Below, in pieces: positions 1 through 10,983 of a stretch of DNA of 64,000 nt. How positions within the stretch are numbered: position 1 is the stretch's first letter; every line of letters starts with the position of its first letter. Under the pieces are notes generated by a model. That model searched no databases. It was given only the letters and a program-made list of their open reading frames with translations, and was not told where the DNA came from. The stretch comes from an uncultured Nitrososphaerales archaeon (GTDB lineage Archaea; Thermoproteota; Nitrososphaeria; Nitrososphaerales; Nitrososphaeraceae): contig CAVQMO010000010.1 of NCBI GenBank assembly GCA_963713605.1, positions 992,001 to 1,056,000 on the forward strand, given 5' to 3'. A program made the translations under genes and the position numbers.

Positions 1-155
1 CATAGAAAATACTATCCTAACAAATGAAATTTAGTCATCAAATACATATTTGCATACATCTATAAATCTCTGTTATTAAAATGTCTCCTTTCTAACATAT
101 CTATTCCATTCCTGCGTATAAAATTAGTATAATGCATGTTTAAGAGCAGTAATAT

Positions 156-1332
156 GTGCCCCATAGTATTATTTGGATACTAGATATGTCAACAAGAACA
201 CGAAAACCCGCGATGGGGAATCCATTACTAACTGTATCGGTCGTCTTAGTAGTAGCTGTAATGCTCCTTAACACAAGCATTACTCATACTGCATTTGCAC
301 AACAAAAATCCCTAAGACTAGGATACTTCCCGAACATAAATCATGCACAAGGGGTAATCGGAATAGGAGATGGAAGCTTTCAGAAAACGTTAGGAGATAA
401 TGTAACTTTAGATACAGTTGTATTCAATGCAGGACCCACAGCAATCGAATCTTTACTTGCAGGAAGACTTGATGCAACGTATATCGGGCCAAATCCCGCA
501 GTTAATGGATACGTAGTTTCTAATGGACAAGCAGATAGAGTAATTGCTGGTGCCACAAGTGGAGGTGCTTCTTTTGTAGTGAGAAATGATTCGGACATTA
601 ATTCTGCACAAGATTTAGGAGGTAAAAAATTTGCTTCTCCTCAACTCGGTAACACACAGGATATAGCGTTGAGAAAGTACTTGAGTGACAACGGATTTAA
701 CACAGTAGAGAATGGGGGAAACGTTACAGTCCTTCCAATAGCTAACGCAGATATACTCACCACATTTCTGAAAAAAGAGATAGATGGAGCGTGGGTTCCT
801 GAACCATGGGCAACACGATTAGTAAATGAAGCTGGTGGAAAAATACTTCTAGATGAACGAGACTTGTGGCCGCCAGAAGGTAAATTTGTTACAGCACATC
901 TAATTGTCAGCCCTGATTATCTAAAGCAAAATCCAGATGTGATCAAAAGGTTGTTGACAGCTCACGTGAATGAGACACAATGGATTAATGAACACAAAGA
1001 TGAGGTTCCAGAAGTTTTCAATACGGAACTTAAAAAGTCTCACAGGTCAGACCATACCAGAGGACACGCTCACCGAGGCACTCACAAGGCTGGAGTTTAC
1101 GAATGACCCAATTAAGCTATCACTCTTTCAATCAGCCAATGATGCATATGACCTAGGATTTCTAGCAAAAGGGAAGGATCGTCCTGATCTAACTGGAATA
1201 TACGATCTTACATTACTTGATCAGGTGTTAAGTGAGAAAGGATTGCCGACAATAGAAGTCACGGAAGGAGTTCAACCACTAGCCACTAGTAACGCTACAA
1301 ACCAGACTCAGGGATTGACAGATGTAGCGTAG
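156..1332 (+). CDS. ABC transporter substrate-binding protein, SsuA/NMT1 (sulfonate/nitrate) family; split by one frameshift in an A-run near 1032
   Basis: Signal peptide, LRLGYFPNINHAQG, ASPQLGNTQD and WVPEPW motifs; ORF 970..1332 continues the C-terminus (SLTGQTIP...AYDLGFL). Confidence 0.85.
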
Positions 1333-1528
1333 CAAAGAAATAGAAATGTGAGATGATATGGCAGGTTAAAATACCTCAAATTTTTTTATTCTTTTTTCTA
1401 TTCCTATAATTTGATCTTATATTTTTGACCTATTAATGTTACAGAAAACTGTCGTCTTAGATCCGTTTCAGTAAGAGAACGGATTACCAAGCAATCAAGA
1501 TGGTAATTCATACTTCGGGAACAGGCAT

Positions 1529-1711
1529 GTGTATAGGAAAAAATCCAATCACTCTTGTGCAGCGATACTCTATGTTTGTTCCATCAAGAATGGTGAGACG
1601 ATGAAACAAATAGACATAGCAAGGGTAGCAGGCATTAGTGATGCTGGCTTAAGAATCAGAATTAAAGATATTGTTCACAACAAGAATCAGGTGAGGGTAC
1701 ATTCAAAATAA
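1529..1711 (+). pseudogene. tfb: C-terminal fragment of transcription factor B (TFB/TFIIB cyclin repeat plus HTH)
   Basis: GKNPITL in one frame joins AAILYVCSIKNGETMKQIDIARVAGISDAGLRIR, the typical TFB C-terminal pattern; the N-terminus is absent. Confidence 0.7.
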
Positions 1712-2154
1712 TCGTAACTTCGCGAGCGCAATATGCTCTGAGAAAAATAATAATGCAACCTCATGCAACACTAAATACTAATATGCAGATTATGCATACT
1801 TTTGCGTGAAACAGCATGTTTGGATTTAATTATATTGCTGTTACTACATAGACAACACATAACAGAAATGGATATAGTACATTCATCAAAAATGTTAGGT
1901 TATTAGTGAACCTGAATATGAAATTAGTTGTCCCGTTTGTAGAATTGGTAGGATTAGTTCAACTAAGACTCTGCTGAATTGAACTGCAATGAGTCTGGAT
2001 AATCATGACAAGAATGCCCCATTTCAAATTGCACTATTTGCGACAAATAATTTTCAGAGAATGCGACCAAAATATTGAAACAACAACTAAATATGTTCAA
2101 TCAAAGAGCGTAGATACTAGTTAAATCAGTCAGTTGGCATCCAGGCTAAGTTAA

Positions 2155-2560
2155 CTAGTATCTATGTCTTTGATTTTTATGATTCTTGGGAGAAATAAGA
2201 TAAGTAAGAAAGAGCCTATTTAATAGTGGTATGTATACTCTAAATAATTGGAGAACATCTAGCCTAAAAAAACAGATCCTAGTATCATTATTTATCCTTT
2301 TGATTTGATCATATAATTTACTTGCATGCTTCCTTGTTACAGGAAAACCGGAAATGATCATCTTAAAAGAATCTTGCCTAAGTGTCTAATAATTCGGGCA
2401 AATTGAATGGGTTGCAATTTATCTTCTTTATCTGAAATCCATTAGACCGTAAGGGACCTATCAGCCATTCTATGTCATTAGTATCATCGTCATATCTGTC
2501 ATTAAGAATTAGGATTCTATTTATTCTTAGAATGGTACTTCTAGTCTTGTTGAATCATTT
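2155..2560 (-). pseudogene. Degenerate or atypical response-regulator receiver-like gene
   Basis: NRILILND...LRSNGFQI followed after a frameshift by KLYDQIKRINNDTRICFF, resembling ELYDKIKAIDYKVNVCFITA of the receiver at 16011; no phospho-Asp visible. Confidence 0.45.
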
Positions 2561-2792
2561 TGTTTCAATAGCTAATAATCTCTCTATAATGATATTTGTA
2601 TTCTCAAATATGTATAATTTGAAGACAATATGCAAAGTATACAAGTTTTAGAACGTGATCAGCATAAAGTGCTCTAATACCTTATCAATGAGTTCCTCAA
2701 AAGAGGAACGTAAAATACTATTTTTGTTAATGAAAATTTTACACATAATGTAATTCTCTGCATATTTATGAGATAATATATTCTATGTACCT

Positions 2793-2921
2793 ATGCATTA
2801 TATCACCTTGCCAGTACCGCAGACTAGACAAAAAGATCCTATACATTACTGTATTATATGTGGGAAAAGACTCGCAGACATATTTCAGTTTAATGGGGAA
2901 TTCTGTTGTGAATGTTGGTAG
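2793..2921 (+). CDS. 42-aa zinc-finger micro-protein (CxxC...CxxC), not in the ORF track
   Basis: Hand translation MHYITLPVPQTRQKDPIHYCIICGKRLADIFQFNGEFCCECW*. Confidence 0.55.
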   Translation: MHYITLPVPQTRQKDPIHYCIICGKRLADIFQFNGEFCCECW

Positions 2922-3172
2922 AGACCTCAGTTTAAAATTCTTTGATGCGTTAGTTAATAAGCGAAAAAAACTACTTCGACTTTTCTTTTTCCTTATATGA
3001 TAATAAAACGATTTTTCCTTTTATAATGGGTGTTGTCCTCAAGCCATTCTACAACCCCATGGCACTTTACGCATCTTAACCAAGTGATTATATGACTCTT
3101 TTTTTAATATTCTAGTAAGAGAGATCTGTAATTTGTCATTGATTAGTAATAATTCACTCCTGGTGAAGAAGA

Positions 3173-3398
3173 TTAGTCCGATTTACCGATGGATAGCGGA
3201 AGCGACTTGACTGCTTTATTAGATCCACAAGAGTGACAGTTTGCAGGCATTCCCATAGTCATAATAGTAGGAATCACAATAAGAAGCACACCAAAAACAA
3301 GACTCACATATAAGAAAATATTTCGGCGTTAGACTATCGGTCACTACTGCCTTCTTATAGGTAGTTTCCTGAGCTTCTCCAATGATTAAAGATGACAT
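3173..3398 (-). CDS. Small zinc-ribbon protein with one frameshift, not in the ORF track
   Basis: MSSLIIGEAQETTYKKAVVTDSLTPKYFLICESCFWCASY... then shifted ANCHSCGSNKAVKSLPLSIGKSD*. Confidence 0.55.
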
Positions 3399-4106
3399 CT
3401 ACGTTACTATGCAGCCAGAGGAATATAACCGAATTCAAATTTGTAGTATTAGCAAAGAATGTGTAATTTATGCGATTACTGTCGAACTTGCAGCCAAAAA
3501 ACAATTTAGTAGTGACTAAAGCAATAAAATTGGATTTTTAGCTTCTCTATTTATCATCTTATCTCAACTATAATATAGTTTATGGACGCTACTATCGCAG
3601 GAATTATCAGTCTGCAGTAATTATCATTAAGTAGCTGAAAAAGATTATCATTAATCAAAATAGTCTTGGGGGTATAACTTCTGTCCATACTTTTCTGCGA
3701 TGCTTTGGAGTCGTTTTAGTTCATCCGGCGTCATTTATGGAATAAGTAAAAGAGTATGGGCATAGGTACGAGAACAGTTCTCCTATTTTTAATCCTCCTT
3801 CTGATAAGAGGAAAATAGCCTTACTTACGATCGTTTAATTAGATGGACGGAAAGGAAGTATATGTAATACAGCTATAGTATCGGAGTATGTGAAAATTCT
3901 CTAAACCATTAATATCGATGAATTGAATTGTGTCAAGTCTAAATGTGGTGAGATATCCAAGTACTAGTAAAAGTGTACTTTCTTTATTCTACTCAAGCAT
4001 TATTGTTAATGGCTTTAATAGAAAATTATAATGAAAAGCGATCAACTTTCGACTCTGTAAATTGAACAATTCTTGATATATAATTTGTTCGCCGCATAAC
4101 TCTTGA

Positions 4107-5114
4107 ATGAGAATGGACAAATCAAAAAAGTATAGAAATCAAAATAGTCTCACAAACACGTTTGCGATATCAGTAATGATTACATTATTAATATTTGGTG
4201 CTTTAACAATCGATCCGTCATTAGTATTGGCGACTGGGGAAGTCGAAGATGAAGAAGAGAATCGGAATGTTGATGGTAGTATTAATAATGGCAATGGCCC
4301 CTTATCGTCATCACCATTACCAAGTCCAAAATCACAACAGAGTATGAACACTGATATTATGGATAGCAGTACAAGTGGCGTTGCTGATCTATCTACTCAA
4401 TCTTCTTTGCACGAACAACAGTTAGGATCACCAATGGAAAGAACTACAACAAATGCTGCCTGTGGACAAGTCGCAAGCGGAGTAGTAAATCTAACTGCAA
4501 ACCTTAATTGCAGCGGAGATGGCATCATTATTAGTGGTCCAAACACAGTAGTTAATATGAATGGGTTTTCAATCACAGGACCTGGAAAGGACAGCTCTAA
4601 AGTAGGGATAATGGTTTCTAACGTAGACAATGTAGTAGTGAATGGACCTGGTACGATTACCAACTTCCAAGCTGCTGTTCTTCTCAGTGGTTCAAATGGG
4701 TTCAGGTTGGATTCCACAATATTAGAAAATAATCAAATCGCAATGTCCATGACTGGAGTCGATAATGCTGAAGTACAGCAGAATATGATCAAAGATAATA
4801 ATATTGGCATAGCCTCACATTCAAACAGTGGTTCAAAAATATCATCAAATCTTATGAGTGATAATCAATTAGCAGGAATTACGTTTGTTAATACAAAGAG
4901 TTCCAGTATGGATATGAATAATATACACGGAAGCCAAGATGGAGTGTTCCTAGACGAACAGAGCTCTGGTAATACAATAAATGCTAACAATGTATTACAG
5001 AATGCAGTAGATATCAATAATGCCAACGGACTACCACTAAACATTAACTCTAACCAATATGCTGAAAATAACTGCGGTGTAAGTAATCCAAGCGGCCTCT
5101 GTTTCGGCAGATAA
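4107..5114 (+). CDS. Secreted right-handed parallel beta-helix (NosD-like) protein
   Basis: N-terminal TM/signal, low-complexity linker, Asn-rich beta-helix repeats (ILENNQIA, IKDNNIGI); paralogue of 14152..15183. Confidence 0.8.
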   Translation: MRMDKSKKYRNQNSLTNTFAISVMITLLIFGALTIDPSLVLATGEVEDEEENRNVDGSINNGNGPLSSSPLPSPKSQQSMNTDIMDSSTSGVADLSTQSSLHEQQLGSPMERTTTNAACGQVASGVVNLTANLNCSGDGIIISGPNTVVNMNGFSITGPGKDSSKVGIMVSNVDNVVVNGPGTITNFQAAVLLSGSNGFRLDSTILENNQIAMSMTGVDNAEVQQNMIKDNNIGIASHSNSGSKISSNLMSDNQLAGITFVNTKSSSMDMNNIHGSQDGVFLDEQSSGNTINANNVLQNAVDINNANGLPLNINSNQYAENNCGVSNPSGLCFGR

Positions 5115-5284
5115 AGCAGGAATAGTAATAATGCAGAATATAAGAATGAATCCCCCCAACAGCATTTTTACTGTATATATACCTCTTGTATTGCAATACA
5201 AGGAGTAATATGGCCAGCTGGTAAGATGACCTCATTTCCCAGTGACATAACTTATGAAAAAACATACTGGTAGAAAATGAATGA

Positions 5285-5332
5285 ATAATAATGTCAAATT
5301 TAAAGATCATAATAATGTCAAATCTAAAGATC
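5285..5332 (+). repeat. 24-bp tandem repeat x2
   Basis: ATAATAATGTCAAAT(T/C)TAAAGATC twice. Confidence 0.9.
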
Positions 5333-6463
5333 AAACAAAGAGAATTGCATATCTGTGCGTACAGAAGCAACCGCTGTTATCATGGCTCAGAATTTAGACT
5401 ACTTTGCTGACTTCGTTTTGTCCAACCGAATAACTACATAACTCATTTGCTTCGGTATTAATCATGATGCAATGCATAAATCTGATTTATGACAGTCAAA
5501 ATAATGGCCAGTGTAGGTGCCGGCCTTGGAATAGCCGATAGAGGCAGGTAAGTCACTAGTTCCAAGAGAAACAAAGTCCTGAGGGTGACGGGGTTTCACT
5601 AACAAAATAGACAGGGGCTCTATGGTCAATATTCATGAAAATAGAGAATTCATTCAGACTCTCATGCAACTATGAGCCTCCTGCTGACTGATCTTCCACA
5701 GATATGTCTTATAAGTCCATCCTAAGGGATTAAAGAGTAATTTGGAAGGATGCGTTATTGGATCCATGGGAACAAGAAGATCATAAAAAGAAAAGGGAAT
5801 TTACACATTCCGTCCGTTCCCTTAGGTTCGCGTTATGTCTCATTACTAATCATACCTATGATGTCAGCCGCATTCTCTGGTAGCACAATTGGCCGAAATA
5901 GTTCTATAACAGATAATAATGAGGCTACACATAGATAATTCGGAGTGACGGCCCAACAATAATGTATGGTGGGGCTATCACGGCATTAAGGTGAAAGATA
6001 TGGTGTGATAGCCCCAAATATTTTACCGATCATCTGTATCTCTAAATAGGAGATCATACTCTTTAAGCTCTGCAATAACGGTTTCTGAAGTTTTAGTGAT
6101 GACCAATCTCTCATGACACGCACATCATATAATATGGCCAGATGTAGCCTCTGAAATCAGGTTTTAGTGATATTGATCCATAGTATAGGTAAGAGAGGTC
6201 TTCATGATGATATGATGTGGTGCTGGCGGACGTCGGCATCTGTTACTCTTACCCGTCCCCTAACCTATCCTTGAAAATCAATAGCAGGCAGCAATTAAGA
6301 CACACATTTTGTTGGATGGTTTGGTAGTATGATGGCTTATTCAATGTGGTTAGCAATCATGATGACTGATTAGGTTGTTAGGAATAGGACGGATAGTTAA
6401 GAGGCTATAAACTCAAAACAAAACATTTAAAGTCTAAAACTCTTATTAAATTGGGTTCACATA

Positions 6464-7553
6464 TTGCAAAACAACATAATAGACAAAAATGATGAAATTC
6501 CGGTTCCACAGTCAGACCATCAAAAAGTATTAGATATCATATTTGGGAGATGGAGAAGCCAGATACTTTATACAGGAGTAGTACTGGGCGTTTTTGACTA
6601 TGTTAAATCTGACGTTAGAAACACTTCTGAAATAGCGAACGAATTATACCTTGATTATGAATTGACTTATCGACTATTGAGAGCGCTAGGTTCATTAGGT
6701 TTTTTGAAGGAGGAAGTCAACAGCGAAGATGGAGCAGCAGGTTCTCTTTAACTCCACAAGGCAAGTTACTTACCAAGGATCATGCACAATCTCTCAGAGG
6801 AATAACGTTACTTGAGGAAGGACCAGAACATTATGCTATCTGGAAACATCTGCCAGCGATGATAAAAGACGGTCAACAAGACGCGTTCCTGCGTGAGCAC
6901 GGCTATAAAATATTTGATTATGCAGAAATGCAGAAAGGAATTTAGATTATGCAAGAACGTTTAATCAAGCCATGGCAAGTTACTCTGCTGTTCAAACTAC
7001 TTGGGTGCTGGAAGCACTGGAGGCAAATAATTTTTCTGATGTGACTCATATTTGTGATGTTGGAGGAGGTACTGGACACCTCCTTTCAAATTTGCTTATG
7101 AAGTATCCCCACTTGAGGGGAACTGTTGTAGACTTAGAACCAGTAACTAGTAAAAAGGAAGCGCTATTAGCGCATAAATTAGGTGTAAGCGATCGTTGCT
7201 CCTATGTAAGTGGAGACATGTTTAAAGAAGTTCCCCCATCAGATGTATACATAATGAAGATGATAATACATGACTGGAACGATGATGAATGCGTGAAAAT
7301 TCTCACCAATATTCATAGGGCTTCCCCAAAGCATGCTAGATTATTCATTGCAGAGCTCTTGATCCCAGGTCCTGAAAAGCCACATTTTTCAAAACTATTT
7401 GATATACACATGATGTGTGTCTCATCAGGAAAAGAAAGAACTGCTGATGAGTATTCTATCTTGCTATACCGCTCTGGTTGGAAGTATAGCCAAATTTTGC
7501 ATCCCAGGTATGCGACTGGATTAGTACAAGTTATTGAAGCAAAAAAAGCCTAA
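6464..7553 (+). CDS. SAM-dependent O-methyltransferase (dimerisation HTH plus Methyltransf_2), two frameshifts
   Basis: YRLLRALGSLG HTH; DVGGGTG SAM motif; GDMF and IIHDWNDDEC; intervening frame reads FSLTPQGKLL...EEGPEHYAIWKHL. Confidence 0.85.
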
Positions 7554-7661
7554 TTAGACATGAGACATGTTGAAGGTGGGAGTACGTCATTATGATCCGT
7601 GCTAGAACAAACATTGTCAATATAGTTAGGCAGGTATTGGGCATGGGATAAAGAAACGTTT

Positions 7662-8129
7662 ATGTGTACACAAGGAGAGAATCATTTTCTATGCAGGACA
7701 AGCAAGGCACTGCGGGTTCATCAACAAAAACACAAGGCTTGGTACCTAGGGCTCTGGGGCGTTAGATATCAGGTCAATGATGTTCAGCGCTCGATTGCAT
7801 TCTACACGCAGACGCTTGGTTTCAATCTGGACCAGCAAAACCTGCCCGCTTTTGGTCAGGTTTCAATTGGCGACCTCAAACTGATCCTCAGCGGTCCCGG
7901 GGCTTCGGGTTCTCGGCCTATGCCCGATGGTCATCAGCAAGAGCCGGGCGGATGGAATCGCATAGTCCTTCTAGTGCAAGATTTGCCAGCACGCATTGCC
8001 CACCTCAAGAATCAAGGAGTGCACTTTAGAAATGAGATGCAAGTCGGTCCTGGTGGCAGACAGATTCAGGTGGAAGATCCTGATGGCAATCCGATTGAGT
8101 TGTTCGAGCCCATACGGGCTACTTTATAA
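7662..8129 (+). CDS. VOC/glyoxalase family protein; true start uncertain
   Basis: VRYQVNDVQRSIAFY...GPGGRQIQVEDPDGNPIELF. Confidence 0.85.
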   Translation: MCTQGENHFLCRTSKALRVHQQKHKAWYLGLWGVRYQVNDVQRSIAFYTQTLGFNLDQQNLPAFGQVSIGDLKLILSGPGASGSRPMPDGHQQEPGGWNRIVLLVQDLPARIAHLKNQGVHFRNEMQVGPGGRQIQVEDPDGNPIELFEPIRATL

Positions 8130-8474
8130 CGCTGTACTTTATATCTTACGTTCAAAGTTATCCATGACCCTAGTGGAACCAGAAAGCGGAACACTTCGTT
8201 TGTATTAACAACAAAGTTGGGAAAACGGAATTGAATACTGAAGAGAATATTGAAAGAGCGTCTGAACAGATTTAAGCAGTCAAGGTCTTATAATGTATCG
8301 CTTACGCTTTAAGATTTGCTACTCTGTTTCTAGATTGTAAGACCATCATGATAGTCCGGCTAAATGCATTTCATTATCTTAATAAATTCACGAACTCTCT
8401 GCACGTCAGTTTCACTTTAGCACAAATCGAATAAATAAAACTTCTAATTGACCACCATTCACCTACCTGTACTT

Positions 8475-9626
8475 TCACATTTTTAGATTTAGGGCATTTG
8501 GATGAACTTGAAATATTGCGGGCAGAATTCCAATAGGTTCACCATCTATAACGACCATAACATCTTTTTTTTCCTGCTCCACTGATTTCATAGAGAGCTT
8601 CTTTGCCCTAGTATACAACATGTTACCGTCATCAGTATACTCGTCACCATTATTTTTGTTACTATTGTCCTCTCCTCTCATTTTCACAAATTCGTCCAAC
8701 ATTTTCAGACTTCCTGAATTCTTCAGTACGACTACATCCAATAATCCATCTGAAATATGTGCCTTCGACGCGGCCATGAATCCTCCTCCGAGAAATCTAC
8801 CGTTAGCTATAACTGCCATTGTCATCGTTGTAATAAGCTTCTTACGTCCTTCATCGACAGAAAGCTCACAGACGTTACTGGAATATGTTGGAATCGTAGC
8901 AATCATGCTGGTAATTGTGGATAATATACGACTCTTTACTGTATCTCTAATCTTTTTTGATTTATCTATAATCTCTGCTCCTACTCCTATTTCAGCTGCA
9001 TTAAGAAAAATCCGAGGAGAATCCGAATCTGATACAATATTGCTGTCTATTATATCATTTTCCGAGATACGAGTGACTGCTGCGCTTATAACATCAATTT
9101 TTACTGGGTTACCATTGACAATCCTCTGACAACAATCTTCCAGTTGAGAAGGAAGATCTAATGGTTTGGCTAGAACATTCCTCGTTCCACATGGCACTAT
9201 AGCCATAAACGCATTAGGATTTACTGGTTCTAACACGTGTTGTATTTCTCCCTCGTGTACTTCAGATGTACCGTCATTTATGGATGCATTAGAATCATTG
9301 CCTACTCTTCCTCTTCTGCGTTCTTCGTTTACAGTAATGGAGAAAAATCCATTTGCAACCTCATTTATCAACCCATCCCCTCCAATAGCAACAATATTCT
9401 TAAACCCATTTTTCAAAAATCCTCTAGTCAAAATAATGCCATCTCCTGATTTCTTGGTAAATGCAACTTTTGGGCTCTCACCAAAAATATTTTTTATTTG
9501 GGCATATAGGTTGTCCCAGTTTTTTCCAGTCGTCCCACTACCTGAACTTGGATTGACCACCAAGACAGTTTCCCCATTATTCTCGCCACCGCTCTGATAA
9601 GAACCGTCCGCACTTTTGTCGAGCAT
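8475..9626 (-). CDS. Diacylglycerol kinase family (YegS/DAGK) lipid kinase
   Basis: VVNPSSG, IGGDGLINEVANG, PCGTRN, NGRFLGGG and DGE motifs. Confidence 0.9.
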   Translation of the reverse strand: MLDKSADGSYQSGGENNGETVLVVNPSSGSGTTGKNWDNLYAQIKNIFGESPKVAFTKKSGDGIILTRGFLKNGFKNIVAIGGDGLINEVANGFFSITVNEERRRGRVGNDSNASINDGTSEVHEGEIQHVLEPVNPNAFMAIVPCGTRNVLAKPLDLPSQLEDCCQRIVNGNPVKIDVISAAVTRISENDIIDSNIVSDSDSPRIFLNAAEIGVGAEIIDKSKKIRDTVKSRILSTITSMIATIPTYSSNVCELSVDEGRKKLITTMTMAVIANGRFLGGGFMAASKAHISDGLLDVVVLKNSGSLKMLDEFVKMRGEDNSNKNNGDEYTDDGNMLYTRAKKLSMKSVEQEKKDVMVVIDGEPIGILPAIFQVHPNALNLKM

Positions 9627-9954
9627 ATCAGATATAGAGTTTCGGTAGCGGGAGTTTATACTTATTGATAGGCGATAGCAAATAGAAAGAGCTATCTAGC
9701 AACAATTCCACATATGTAATATGCAAGTATTAAGCAAACACGATAAAGAGTAACTAGCAATTAAGCTGTATTAAGAGGGGGGGTCGTCTCTTAATTTCTA
9801 TTGACATTTAAAAGACCTTATTTAAGTTTTCAAAGTCCAACGGAACAGTATTGAATATTGATGCTAAAGAGTTACTATTATCGATGAACTAGATTGAGTC
9901 CGGCTATAATGGCATTTGATTCAATGAGTTTTAATTGATATATTTAACTTGCGA

Positions 9955-10428
9955 TTAATTCTTTACTGTTTCAGCCACTAGACCAGTTAAGAGATCTGTG
10001 TCAAATGGTTTTTGTATGTATTTTGATATGTAACTACCGTTTTCTAATTCTTTTACGAGTTCATCATCTACATTGTATGCTGAGATGAGAATTATTTTGG
10101 TTCCGCTGTATTCTTTTATCTTGCGAGCAACAGAATCACCCATCATGTCACCCAGTTTATAATCCAATAGTACCAGATGGATCTTATTACCCCGATTTGT
10201 TTCCTCTATGTACTTTTCAATGCACTCTTCGCCAGACTCTGTCAGTATTGTATTATATTTTGAATTAAATATTAGATCAAACGATAAAAGCACATCTGGT
10301 TCATCATCACATATCATTATCGTTTTCTTTTTTCTTTCAAAATTAGTTTGATCATCATAAGTCAAATTCGAATGTGTGACTACAAACTTTGGTACACTAT
10401 TATAAAGACTTTGACAACCAAAGTTCAT
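9955..10428 (-). CDS. Stand-alone response-regulator receiver protein; true start probably downstream of the ORF-track start
   Basis: IMICDDE, LVLLDYKLGDMMG, ILISA and KP motifs. Confidence 0.85.
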   Translation of the reverse strand: MNFGCQSLYNSVPKFVVTHSNLTYDDQTNFERKKKTIMICDDEPDVLLSFDLIFNSKYNTILTESGEECIEKYIEETNRGNKIHLVLLDYKLGDMMGDSVARKIKEYSGTKIILISAYNVDDELVKELENGSYISKYIQKPFDTDLLTGLVAETVKN

Positions 10429-10591
10429 GTTCTTATTATTAAAATACCAATTCCACGTCACCTTCACCAAGTTCCATATACAACTGTGTGCATCTTTATG
10501 ATTATACCAATGCTGGCGAGCCATACAAGTAAGGATTGCAAGAAAAAATCGAAAATAGATAAAAACGACCCTGCCTAAGCCGAAATAACAA

Positions 10592-10781
10592 CTGACATTG
10601 AGTCTGAATTGTAAAGAAGCTGGCGACCCAGTATGTACACATACCATGTATGGCGAAACTGAAGAAGAACTTCTGGCCAATGCTAAGAAATATGGAATGG
10701 AAGTGCCGGGTACAAATAAAAAACATGGAATGAAGTCGCAAAGAATGCAAAAACTTCCGGAAACTAGCTAAGACTACATAG
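10592..10781 (+). pseudogene. DUF1059-like small metal-binding protein, frameshifted at the C-terminus
   Basis: LSLNCKEAGDPVCTHTMYGETEEELLANAKKYGMEV. Confidence 0.6.
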
Positions 10782-10983
10782 GCGAGTGTTTAGAACTGAA
10801 AGAGCTAGAAAGCTCCGTTCACATTTTTTATTTAAAATGGTCATTTAGACTGCCTGATTGCTTAACTGATCCATTCGGTTAGGCCCTTCTATGTACATGC
10901 TTAACTTAATTTTTCAAAGATGCAATCATGGCTAGTAATGATTAATTGACCGATGTGATTGAATTCATGAAAGGTGTGACAAA

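Noticed and set aside
1030..1040. Programmed ribosomal frameshifting in split genes
   Set aside because: Too many unrelated genes are affected with no shared slippery or stimulatory signal; sequencing indels explain it better
5400..6300. Degraded minus-strand gene
   Set aside because: Coding-like stretches exist, but no family is recognisable
8620..9597. Long + strand ORFs 8620..9129 and 9166..9597, and similar shadows at 4139, 4397, 14477, 31626, 38375 and 60240
   Set aside because: Antisense shadows of well-supported genes
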